Position numbers and translations under genes: made by a program. From positions 37,430 to 94,790 of the forward strand of contig DMPO01000003.1 of the NCBI GenBank assembly GCA_003455995.1: a stretch of 57,361 nucleotides of DNA. Direction: 5' to 3'. Positions 1-7,506 of the stretch are shown here, in pieces. The notes beneath the pieces were generated by a model. The model had not been told where the DNA came from, did no database searches, and saw only the letters and a list, made by a program, of their open reading frames with translations. This stretch comes from Candidatus Azambacteria bacterium. GTDB taxonomy: Bacteria; Patescibacteriota; Minisyncoccia; UBA10092. Numbering within the stretch: the stretch's first letter is position 1; the number at the start of each line of letters is the position of its first letter.

Positions 1-108
1 AATTTTTGGCCTCCCGAAAAGAGAGTGCCATATAACCGCTTCGCTATTATTCTCAACAGTTTGCAAAAACTGCGATTTAATCAATGGGGTCTCCCGACTA
101 ATCTTCAT
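1..108 (-). CDS. 5' end (36 codons, MKISRETPLIKSQFLQTVENNSEAVIWHSLFGRPKI...) of a gene running off the left edge; possibly a third SPASM-type maturase
   Basis: ATG at 108 is preceded by GGAGG and by the same leader motif as the two peptide genes. The N-terminus resembles that of the 4115..5506 radical SAM protein (VIWHSLFGR vs ALFHSISLG). Confidence 0.35.
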   Translation of the reverse strand, partial: MKISRETPLIKSQFLQTVENNSEAVIWHSLFGRPKI

Positions 109-229
109 CTTTTCCGCCCTCCTTTCCTAGCAATTGTTTGTTAAATTGTTAAAAATCTTTACAAAAACACCCTTGTTTTCCGCTTTTCAACTATGTCCGC
201 AACATACACTGCCCCGCAAAGTTTGTCAA
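109..229 (-). promoter_or_regulatory. Promoter (TTGACA-17-TATGTT, 201..229) plus about 90 nt leader carrying the TTAACAATTTAACAA motif (138..152) and a GGAGG SD
   Basis: Hexamers read directly. The leader is homologous to those at 3206..3325 and 5706..5831. Confidence 0.6.
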
Positions 230-251
230 TGGCGAAAATAAAGGGTATAAT
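223..251 (+). promoter_or_regulatory. Promoter TTGTCA-17-TATAAT. Its -35 overlaps the divergent minus-strand -35, and the ATG lies 7 nt after the -10 (leaderless)
   Basis: TTGTCA 223..228, 17 nt spacer, TATAAT 246..251, ATG at 258, no SD. Confidence 0.6.
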
Positions 252-257
252 ATTCAC

Positions 258-1187
258 ATGAAAATGAAAACCACCAAAAATAATATAAAATTAAACATTA
301 CCGTAAGCCGTTGGGCGAATTTTTATTTTTTTGTTCAAAATCTATCCGAATGGAATAATAGAAATAGAAAAGATTATAACACCCTATGGCAAGCGGAGCT
401 CGATCCGTTTTCCGAACGAGAAAAGAATGCCTTGAAAGCATTCAAAAAAGTTAGGTTGCGCTATAAATCGAATCGAGGCGAATTCGAGCGCGCCTTTTTT
501 ACATCGAAAGAACCATTAAAACAATTACAACTTACTCTTCCGACAGACGAATTTATTGTTATCAAAAAAGTTTTCGCTTTGTTCAAAAAAAAGTTTGATA
601 TTTTATATAAAAAGGATTTTCCGCTTTTGAAAAAATGGCAAGAAATTTTATATAGAAAAATAAACAAAAAATCACTGATAAAATCAATAATCTCTCCGAT
701 AGAAATTCTCTATAATGCCACCGCTCCAAAAAAAACCGTAGATATTTATTTATTGCTTTCCGCGCCCAATCATACTGGCGGCGGCGCGAATGTAAACGAT
801 CAGAGCGCCAGCATTGAAATTTCCCGCTATCCTACGCAAGGCATAAATCATGTGTTGGGAATCATTTGGCATGAAGTGATACATTTATGTTTTGAAAAAC
901 AATATTTTGTCCCTTTGCTTGTCGAGTATTTTGGTCGCGCAAGCAAATCTATTGGCTTGATAAGCGAAATCGCCGCGAGTTCTCTTTTGCCCAACGGCAT
1001 ACTCGGGCAAAGTATTTTATATTCTTTGCCTCCAAAGTTTCTTAACATAAGAATCCCAACCAAATTTAATAAAAAGCTGATGAATATAATGGGTGGCTAT
1101 ATGAAAAGTAAAAAACCTTTGGATAAAAAGTATATTCAAAATATCTGGACTATTGCCAAAGTTTTACAGAATAATTGGCAAAAATAA
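258..1187 (+). CDS. HExxH-motif protein (putative zinc metallopeptidase-like), function unknown
   Basis: 309 aa ORF with IIWHEVIHLCFEKQYF. It looks like a paralog of 3329..4060 (AIIAHELLHFMFYDYF). N-terminal SRWANFYFF is shared with the radical SAM protein at 4115..5506. Confidence 0.6.
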   Translation: MKMKTTKNNIKLNITVSRWANFYFFVQNLSEWNNRNRKDYNTLWQAELDPFSEREKNALKAFKKVRLRYKSNRGEFERAFFTSKEPLKQLQLTLPTDEFIVIKKVFALFKKKFDILYKKDFPLLKKWQEILYRKINKKSLIKSIISPIEILYNATAPKKTVDIYLLLSAPNHTGGGANVNDQSASIEISRYPTQGINHVLGIIWHEVIHLCFEKQYFVPLLVEYFGRASKSIGLISEIAASSLLPNGILGQSILYSLPPKFLNIRIPTKFNKKLMNIMGGYMKSKKPLDKKYIQNIWTIAKVLQNNWQK

Positions 1188-1193
1188 AAACAG

Positions 1194-1847
1194 ATGAGAA
1201 AAGAAGCTTACAAACAAAAACAATGCTATTGGGGGGGATTAAAACCAAATTCTACTCTCAAAAAATATCTGGTTAAATTCCCTAAGGGAAAAACTCTTGA
1301 TATCGGCGCCGGTAGTGGCAGAAATAGTGTTTTTTTGGCTAAAAATGGTTTTGAGGTAGAAGCGGTAGATAAAATCGAAGAAGAACTGGAAAAAATTAAA
1401 ATTACAGCAAAAAAATACCAATTGAAAATCAAAACAAAAGCGTGCAATGTAAATGATTTTAAGTTTGGAAAAAACAAGCATTCTTTAATTGTGGCAATTC
1501 ATTCCTTGGACTTTCTCAAAAAGAGCGAATTTGGCTTGATAATAAATAAAATTAAAAAATCAATTATAGCGAATGGATTCATATATCTTTCCGTTTTTTC
1601 AACTAAAGATCCAATGTATAAACTGATAACGGAAAAAGGAATCGGACAAATTGAAGAAAATACTTTTTATTTACCCAAATCTCAAACTTATAGGCATTTT
1701 TTTACCAAAAAAGAACTGCGAGAAAAATTCGAAAATTTCAAAATCATTATATTAAAGCAAAAACAGATATTGGATAAAGGACACGGCGAACCGCATCATC
1801 ATGATATAATTGAACTACTGGCTCAAAAAGAAAAAACGGCGAAATAA
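1194..1847 (+). CDS. Class I SAM-dependent methyltransferase (TehB-like)
   Basis: Motif I LDIGAGSGRNSVFLAKNG, followed by an acidic residue after the beta2 strand (VEAVD). 217 aa. Confidence 0.8.
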   Translation: MRKEAYKQKQCYWGGLKPNSTLKKYLVKFPKGKTLDIGAGSGRNSVFLAKNGFEVEAVDKIEEELEKIKITAKKYQLKIKTKACNVNDFKFGKNKHSLIVAIHSLDFLKKSEFGLIINKIKKSIIANGFIYLSVFSTKDPMYKLITEKGIGQIEENTFYLPKSQTYRHFFTKKELREKFENFKIIILKQKQILDKGHGEPHHHDIIELLAQKEKTAK

Positions 1848-1858
1848 TCCGCCGCTTT

Positions 1859-2953
1859 TTAAGCCAAATGCCAACATTGCGGATCGGGACTAAAAAAATC
1901 ACCCGAAACTCCATGAGATACCGCTCCGCAACCGCGACATCTGTATAATAAAGGACAATTTTTACACTTCTTGTAGCGAGTCAAATTTCTAAGGCGATTC
2001 AACTCTTTGGACATAATGAATAAATCAAATAAACTTTGCTCGGGGACCTTTCCTATCGGACTCTCAAAACGACGACAGGCATAAACCGTGCCATCGGATA
2101 ACACCGAAAGGCTGGCAACCCCTAAACTGCAACCGCTGATTACAATTTCTTGTTTTCTTATTCGTTCTATTTGCCGTTTTTCCTTTATAGAACATTTTTC
2201 GTAAAAGTATAATTCCCATAAATGGTCTTTAAATACGAATTTTGTTCTCGGATAAGTTATGGATAAAATTTTGCGAGCATTGTCAACTTCTTCCAGTAGC
2301 GACCTATATTCTTCGGGAGTGAACATTTGTTCTTTATATTCCTCCATCGACCAACCGCTGGGCTTACAAAATCTCGCAAAAGCAAAGGCACCAAAATTGT
2401 TTTCCATTATTTTTTTCATCACCTCGATTAAATCGGGAGCGTTAAATTTGGACAGAGTAAACATGCAGGTCGGTCTAATACCCGCTTCTTTTAGAATTCT
2501 TGCGGCCCTAAATACATCATGATAGCTGTCATTTTTTCTCAAAAAATCATGTTTTTCTTCTAGGCCATCTAAACTTAACTGATATTTGCGCACGCCTTTC
2601 GTTTTTAATCTTCCAGCCGTTAACTCATCAATAAAAAATGAGTTGCCTAAAATATCAATGGCAGTTTTTGATTTATGTTTTTTTGCCAATTCATTTATTA
2701 CATCCAACACTCGCCAAAAATCAGGATGGAGCATAGGATCGCCACCGGTCAAAACAAAAATAGGGTTGGCATTAAGCTGCAAAACAGTTTTATACATGTC
2801 ATCAACTATCAATGATAAAACATCGATGCATAATTCTTTCTGTTGATTCTCTTGAATGTATTCCGACTGATACAAATAACAATGCTTGCATCGTTGAGAA
2901 CATCGATCCGTAATATGCCATTGGAGATAAAAATTCGGTTTACGAGTTTTCAT
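1859..2953 (-). CDS. Radical SAM / SPASM-domain peptide-modifying enzyme
   Basis: CSQRCKHCY (CxxxCxxC). C-terminal SPASM pattern CSLGVASLSVLSDGTVYAC ... CKNCPLLYRCRGC ... DPQC. AAGGAG SD. Lies immediately downstream of the peptide gene. Confidence 0.85.
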   Translation of the reverse strand: MKTRKPNFYLQWHITDRCSQRCKHCYLYQSEYIQENQQKELCIDVLSLIVDDMYKTVLQLNANPIFVLTGGDPMLHPDFWRVLDVINELAKKHKSKTAIDILGNSFFIDELTAGRLKTKGVRKYQLSLDGLEEKHDFLRKNDSYHDVFRAARILKEAGIRPTCMFTLSKFNAPDLIEVMKKIMENNFGAFAFARFCKPSGWSMEEYKEQMFTPEEYRSLLEEVDNARKILSITYPRTKFVFKDHLWELYFYEKCSIKEKRQIERIRKQEIVISGCSLGVASLSVLSDGTVYACRRFESPIGKVPEQSLFDLFIMSKELNRLRNLTRYKKCKNCPLLYRCRGCGAVSHGVSGDFFSPDPQCWHLA

Positions 2954-2964
2954 TTCTGACTCCT

Positions 2965-3002
2965 TAATAAATAAGGCCGGATTCTTTTTTCGAATTAGGC
3001 CT
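2965..3002 (-). terminator. Imperfect hairpin between peptide gene and maturase (possible attenuator)
   Basis: aggccggattc / gaattaggcct arms (9 of 11 pair), followed on the minus strand by TTATTTATT. Confidence 0.3.
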
Positions 3003-3019
3003 CGGTTGCTGGGCGATAA

Positions 3020-3205
3020 CTAATCGAAATCGCAAGTCGGATCCGCCTGGCAAGGGTCACTATAGCAAGCCACCTGACATGCAGAACATGTAGAACGTGT
3101 TACTCTCATCCGTCTCTTGGGTAAAAAGGATATCTTTAGGGACCGTCTCCAGTAATTATACTTGCCCAAAACCTTCTTAATTTTCAAACTCCTTATCTTT
3201 TTCAT
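3020..3205 (-). CDS. Candidate RiPP precursor peptide, 61 aa, basic leader and Cys-rich C-terminus
   Basis: MKKIRSLKIKKVLGKYNYWRRSLKISFLPKRRMRVTRSTCSACQVACYSDPCQADPTCDFD. GGAGG lies 7 nt before the ATG. Five Cys fall in the last 22 residues. Directly upstream of the rSAM/SPASM gene. Confidence 0.7.
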   Translation of the reverse strand: MKKIRSLKIKKVLGKYNYWRRSLKISFLPKRRMRVTRSTCSACQVACYSDPCQADPTCDFD

Positions 3206-3325
3206 CTCTCGCCCTCCTTTCAGGCAAATTTACTTGTTAAATTGTTAAAAATCTGGCAAAAACCACCCTTTTATTTCCTTATTCAAATCTTCCCGCATTA
3301 TACAAACCCCCGCCCCGCTTGTCAA
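3206..3325 (-). promoter_or_regulatory. Perfect consensus promoter TTGACA-17-TATAAT (3297..3325) plus about 85 nt conserved leader with TTAACAATTTAACAA (3234..3248)
   Basis: Read directly. About 58 nt (3269..3326) are identical to 5775..5832. Confidence 0.75.
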
Positions 3326-3328
3326 GGT

Positions 3329-4060
3329 TTATTTTTTACGCCGTAATAATATTTTAATAAAAGGTTCTATGTCGCTTATGAGATTTTTGATTTTTAGCGA
3401 CATGGGATATTTATATTTTTTTTTGAGTTGAGAAATGATTTTTTTATGCTCCGGATAGGACATGGTTTCTTTTTCAAAAACATCCAGCCAAGTAGGAGAA
3501 TTTTGAACCAAGGAGTTGAAAATTTCCGATATGTGCCATACATAAATGCTATTTTCGGAATGCTTATAACGGGGATAATTTTCGCAAAAATAATCATAAA
3601 ACATAAAATGAAGCAGCTCATGCGCAATGATCGCATTTACATATTTCTTGTTTTTATATTTTATAGGAATCTGAAATGTTTTATCTTCGAGAAATCTTGG
3701 AAACATGCCCCAAATAGTCGCATAAGCAATATACTTCCCCTTTGGCCATGGCCTGTTATGAAAAAGATCTTTGACCAAATTAAAAAACCTGCCTTCCTTT
3801 TTCTTCCAATTAGTTTCGTAAACCTTAAAGTTTGCGGCAGCGACTGCGATATTTTTTTTATATAATCCCTCAATGTATTTTTTGATAAAAAGATAATCGA
3901 TATCGCTCTTTTTTTTGACTATTTTTCTCAATTGCGGATGCTTTTTAAAAATTGCCCATTCCAGATTTCTGCCATCATCAAACCCGGCTTCTTTTATAAA
4001 AGCTTTGAAAGTCGGCAGGTCTTTTTGAGCGTCAATCTTGAATTTTACTTTTGGATTCAT
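3329..4060 (-). CDS. HExxH-motif protein, paralog of 258..1187
   Basis: 243 aa with AIIAHELLHFMFYDYF. The order of conserved segments matches the 309 aa protein. Confidence 0.6.
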   Translation of the reverse strand: MNPKVKFKIDAQKDLPTFKAFIKEAGFDDGRNLEWAIFKKHPQLRKIVKKKSDIDYLFIKKYIEGLYKKNIAVAAANFKVYETNWKKKEGRFFNLVKDLFHNRPWPKGKYIAYATIWGMFPRFLEDKTFQIPIKYKNKKYVNAIIAHELLHFMFYDYFCENYPRYKHSENSIYVWHISEIFNSLVQNSPTWLDVFEKETMSYPEHKKIISQLKKKYKYPMSLKIKNLISDIEPFIKILLRRKK

Positions 4061-4089
4061 AAAAAAGAGGGCGAGTATGCCTCGCCCTC
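4061..4089 (-). terminator. Intrinsic terminator-like hairpin after the second rSAM gene
   Basis: gagggcgag-tatgc-ctcgccctc (9 bp perfect stem), followed on the minus strand by TTTTTT. The next ATG (4060) abuts the T run. Confidence 0.6.
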
Positions 4090-4114
4090 AAGATACCACC
4101 ATAAAACCATTTTC

Positions 4115-5506
4115 TCAAGTAATAAGCTGAGCATATGTCTCCCAAATTAGCCACTCAATGGTCATTTTGCCATGAGCGCAAGCGCGCTCGTCTAGATTCC
4201 AACGACTTCCAGTTTTTAGTTCCGCGCTCGCCGGACAACCGCCGCCACAGATGCCCATCGCCGGGCAATCCAAGCAATCTTTCATAAAAAACGGCGATCG
4301 CCTCTCCCATTCCTTAAAAAGACCAGCCGCCACCGGATCGCTATCTTTGTCTATAACTGACCCTCGAAAGTAAGTGCGCGGCTTTACGAAATCCTGACAA
4401 ACGCCGATTTGGCCATCGGGAGCAATAACCAGTTGATTGCCAATCACGCCGCAGTCGGCATAAATTGGTTGTCTATTGATAAATGCTCCGGCCTTTCTCA
4501 TCATGCGATCTTCATACATTCCGAGCTCTCGAAATTTCTCAAATGCGGCGATTTGGCATCTAACAGCGTCGGAATAATAATTCGGAGGCAAGAAAATATT
4601 CGGGTTAAAATGCAGGATGTTAAGACTAATACCATCAACCCAGCCAACCTCGTCGGTCAGAAAAGCCAGAAGCTTATCAAAGTGCTGTACGGCTTCGGAG
4701 GTCAATGTTACCGAAAGGCCAACCTTGGCTTTATATTTTTTAAGAAGACCCAACGCTCTCATGATAGCGGCAAAAACATCCAGCTCCCCATCCTTAGTCT
4801 TGCGATAGAGATTGTTCATTTCGTGCGGACCATCAATAGACACCCCCACTGTCACTCCTTTCTCGGAAAAAAACCTGGCCATTTCGTCATCAAGAAAAGT
4901 GCCATTTGTCACAATTGCGGTCTCGCACACTGATGGAAGAATCCCACGAGTCTTCAATCCACATATGTAATCAACCGCAAATCGCACCACCCCTCCATTC
5001 ATTAACGGCTCCCCGCCATAAAGATGAATCACCTTTTTCTTTTTGGGATCGCCATATCGAGCAACCATTCTCGCAAAAAGATCCAAAGCGTCCCGCGCGA
5101 TTTCAACGCTCATATGGACCGGATTAAATGGTTCAATCAGAACAGGGGAATCCTCAAAACAATAGCCGCATCTGAGATTGCAGTGGTCGGTTACGAGAAG
5201 ATACATTAGTTCAAGCGTGATTTCTTTTAAAAGTTTTTGCCGCGCCTCTTCAAGATATCCAAAGTCATCAAAATCATCGGTAACCAAAATGCCCTCATTC
5301 ATAAGAGCTTCCACAATATCGGCTCCGACAGATTCTTCAATTTCGCTTATTTCTTTGGACATCCCAATAAGCGGTTTGAGAGAACGAAATGTCTCTTCAG
5401 GAAGAAATACCAGCCCCAAAGAGATAGAATGAAATAATGCCGCTATCCCTGGCCGATTAAAAAAATTGGCCCAACGAGACATTCTAACTATGGTCCGGTT
5501 ATTCAT
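4115..5506 (-). CDS. Radical SAM / SPASM-domain peptide-modifying enzyme with an N-terminal extension
   Basis: CNLRCGYCFE. SPASM pattern CGVIGNQLVIAPDGQIGVC ... CLDCPAMGICGGGC ... ERAC. The track start at 5518 is a GTG lying inside the SD; ATG at 5506 follows GGGAGGA. Confidence 0.85.
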   Translation of the reverse strand: MNNRTIVRMSRWANFFNRPGIAALFHSISLGLVFLPEETFRSLKPLIGMSKEISEIEESVGADIVEALMNEGILVTDDFDDFGYLEEARQKLLKEITLELMYLLVTDHCNLRCGYCFEDSPVLIEPFNPVHMSVEIARDALDLFARMVARYGDPKKKKVIHLYGGEPLMNGGVVRFAVDYICGLKTRGILPSVCETAIVTNGTFLDDEMARFFSEKGVTVGVSIDGPHEMNNLYRKTKDGELDVFAAIMRALGLLKKYKAKVGLSVTLTSEAVQHFDKLLAFLTDEVGWVDGISLNILHFNPNIFLPPNYYSDAVRCQIAAFEKFRELGMYEDRMMRKAGAFINRQPIYADCGVIGNQLVIAPDGQIGVCQDFVKPRTYFRGSVIDKDSDPVAAGLFKEWERRSPFFMKDCLDCPAMGICGGGCPASAELKTGSRWNLDERACAHGKMTIEWLIWETYAQLIT

Positions 5507-5526
5507 AAATCCTCCCACATGATAAG

Positions 5527-5557
5527 TAAAAGCGGGAACGAGTTTTTTCGTCCCCGC
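5527..5557 (-). terminator. Intrinsic terminator/attenuator between the 43 aa peptide gene and the maturase
   Basis: On the minus-strand RNA: GCGGGGACG-AAAAAACU-CGUUCCCGC-UUUUAC. This is a 9 bp stem including one G.U pair. A second hairpin ccgcgg-ttagaa-ccgcgg lies at 5554..5571. Confidence 0.55.
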
Positions 5558-5573
5558 GGTTCTAACCGCGGCT

Positions 5574-5705
5574 TTAGCGGCGGTTGCAGACAGTATAGCA
5601 GCAACTCTCCATGGCCCAATTCACAAAATCCGGATTTGGGCCAAGGATCTTGCCAACTACTTTTACCCTGTCTGCCGGTTTAACCACAATCAGCCGTACT
5701 TTCAT
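5574..5705 (-). CDS. Candidate RiPP precursor peptide, 43 aa (not in the ORF track)
   Basis: Hand translation: MKVRLIVVKPADRVKVVGKILGPNPDFVNWAMESCCYTVCNRR, stop TAA. GGAGG lies 8 nt before the ATG. It has the same promoter and leader as the 61 aa peptide gene and sits immediately upstream of the rSAM/SPASM gene. Confidence 0.65.
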   Translation of the reverse strand: MKVRLIVVKPADRVKVVGKILGPNPDFVNWAMESCCYTVCNRR

Positions 5706-5831
5706 CTCTCTGCCCTCCTTTCGAGCAAATTGGTTAAATTGTTAAAAAACTTTCCTTTTATCCAAAAACCGCCTTTTTATTTCCTTATTCAAATCTTCCC
5801 GCATTATACAAACCCCCGCCCCGCTTGTCAA
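5706..5831 (-). promoter_or_regulatory. Perfect consensus promoter TTGACA-17-TATAAT (5803..5831) plus conserved leader with TTAACAATTTAACCA (5731..5745)
   Basis: Read directly; duplicate of the 3206..3325 module. Confidence 0.75.
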
Positions 5832-5843
5832 GCGCGAAATTTT

Positions 5844-6173
5844 TCAAGAATGAAGGCGGGCGGCGAGGGCGAAATTGAAAAAATAGCGGTTCAAGTCCTC
5901 GAGCGTTGTTTTATATTCTTTGCCGCCGAACATCGCATCAGCTAGCAATTCGCGGGCGCGAATGATTTCCTTGAGCCGAAAACGCCATCTGGGGTCGGCT
6001 ATTGTTAAGTCCAAAAGCTCGAACGCCCTGTCAATGGCATTGTCGTATGATTCTCGGTTTTTATCGCGCCAATTGAGCGCGCGGCTTATTTCGCCACCGA
6101 CATTGCCCAATTGTTCCATTAAAGAAAGTTTTTGCCATCCGCCGCCGGCTAATTCTTTATGTTGAATAACCAT
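5844..6173 (-). CDS. Hypothetical protein (weak MazG-like helical resemblance)
   Basis: 109 aa ORF, last gene of a four-gene minus-strand operon. The segment LMEQLGNVGGEISRAL is only suggestive. Confidence 0.35.
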   Translation of the reverse strand: MVIQHKELAGGGWQKLSLMEQLGNVGGEISRALNWRDKNRESYDNAIDRAFELLDLTIADPRWRFRLKEIIRARELLADAMFGGKEYKTTLEDLNRYFFNFALAARLHS

Positions 6174-6176
6174 AAA

Positions 6177-6521
6177 TTACAAAATCAGCTTGTTGATTAT
6201 ATCCCTGATTTTTATTTGGATTTCCAAATTTTCAACGCTTCTGGATCTGTTGTTTTGCGACGGCCGCACATTTATCATGGAATCAAACTCGACGAATCCA
6301 TTATCAGATTTGTTTATATGCAAATTTACGCCCCACAAATTTTCCTGCTTCGAACCCTCTTCCAAAAGCAATTTTTCTTCATCGGCATGTAAATCGCCGC
6401 CGATAGCCATAATTTCTTTTTCAATATCGATTACGGCCTTTACCAATTCGCCGAATTGATTTTCGGCGATTTTTCGCAATTCATTTTTTGAAATCGAATC
6501 GTTTACAATTTTTATCGCCAT
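6177..6521 (-). CDS. Conserved hypothetical protein (recalled as DUF5674-like)
   Basis: 114 aa. VKAVIDIEKEIMAIGGDLHADEEKLLLEEGSKQENLWGVNL matches a family I recall from archaeal and CPR genomes; this was not verified. Confidence 0.4.
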   Translation of the reverse strand: MAIKIVNDSISKNELRKIAENQFGELVKAVIDIEKEIMAIGGDLHADEEKLLLEEGSKQENLWGVNLHINKSDNGFVEFDSMINVRPSQNNRSRSVENLEIQIKIRDIINKLIL

Positions 6522-6527
6522 AAATAC

Positions 6528-6830
6528 TTAATGGGGATTGATATTAAAAATCGCTTTTTCCCGGACATCTTTTTTGAGTCGGATATTAAATATCGTGGTC
6601 CAAAAATTTAGAACCTTTTCAAACCAAACGCCGCGTCCGGGATTTTTGACAATTTCTTTTATTTCCTCATCAGAATATATTTCTTTAAGCCATTTAATAT
6701 CATCCCATGTGCCATAGTTTAAAACTTGAGAAATAACATAATCTTTGTCGCGATCAAAATTTATAGTTTTTATATCGTACGACCAGAATAGCCACCGCAT
6801 TTTTTGAGGAATTTTTTTATTTTTAGTCAT
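6528..6830 (-). CDS. Small conserved hypothetical protein partnered with the AbiEii-like gene
   Basis: 100 aa. Overlaps the upstream NTase gene by 8 nt. Motif pattern LFWSYD...VISQVLNYGTWDDIKWL. Confidence 0.4.
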   Translation of the reverse strand: MTKNKKIPQKMRWLFWSYDIKTINFDRDKDYVISQVLNYGTWDDIKWLKEIYSDEEIKEIVKNPGRGVWFEKVLNFWTTIFNIRLKKDVREKAIFNINPH

Positions 6831-7446
6831 TTTTTTGATATTTTTTTACTTCCTCTATTAAAAATTCTTTTATTTTTGGCCAAGAAGCGGTGCCAAATAG
6901 ATATAATTTTCTTTGCTGTTTTTTGTCGGCATCGGCAAAATAAGTCAAACCGCGAAGACCGACATAAATATTAAATTCTGGATATTTTTGTTTTACAAAT
7001 GAAAAGATATTTTCAAGAGAAAACTCCTTCATCAAGAAATAAACATCCACAAAGTCTCTTCTGGTTCCTCTATCGGAAACTGCAATTATTTTCATGGCCG
7101 CTATATCTTGCTTTGAAGCAATGCGAAGACCGTTAATTTCTGCAGGAGGAAACACCATTGGGTATGAATAGTAAAAAAAACTTGCGGCAACTTCGTTTAA
7201 TTTCACTATAAGAGTATCTTCCGCTTTCTGTAAAAGAATAACTTTTTCAAATCGCTTTCTTAATTCCTGATATAATTTCGCGCTATCAAACTTCTTATTT
7301 ATATAAAAATCGAAATCAAGGGAAGTTCGATGGCCGATCTGCAAAGCCAAAGCGGTGCCGCCGGCCATATAAAAACCCTGTTTATTTAAAAAACCGAGTT
7401 TTGATAAAAGTTTTTTTCTTTTTGGGTCTAAAATTTCTAAACGCAT
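6823..7446 (-). CDS. Nucleotidyltransferase, AbiEii/AbiGii toxin-like
   Basis: GGTALALQIGHRTSLDFDFY is typical of the AbiEii (DUF1814) NTase family. 207 aa, which is short for the family. Confidence 0.55.
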   Translation of the reverse strand: MRLEILDPKRKKLLSKLGFLNKQGFYMAGGTALALQIGHRTSLDFDFYINKKFDSAKLYQELRKRFEKVILLQKAEDTLIVKLNEVAASFFYYSYPMVFPPAEINGLRIASKQDIAAMKIIAVSDRGTRRDFVDVYFLMKEFSLENIFSFVKQKYPEFNIYVGLRGLTYFADADKKQQRKLYLFGTASWPKIKEFLIEEVKKYQKND

Positions 7447-7506
7447 ATATATTTTGTATTATAGCATAATTTACATAAATTTACCATAGTTTTTTGGCGT
7501 CAACTT

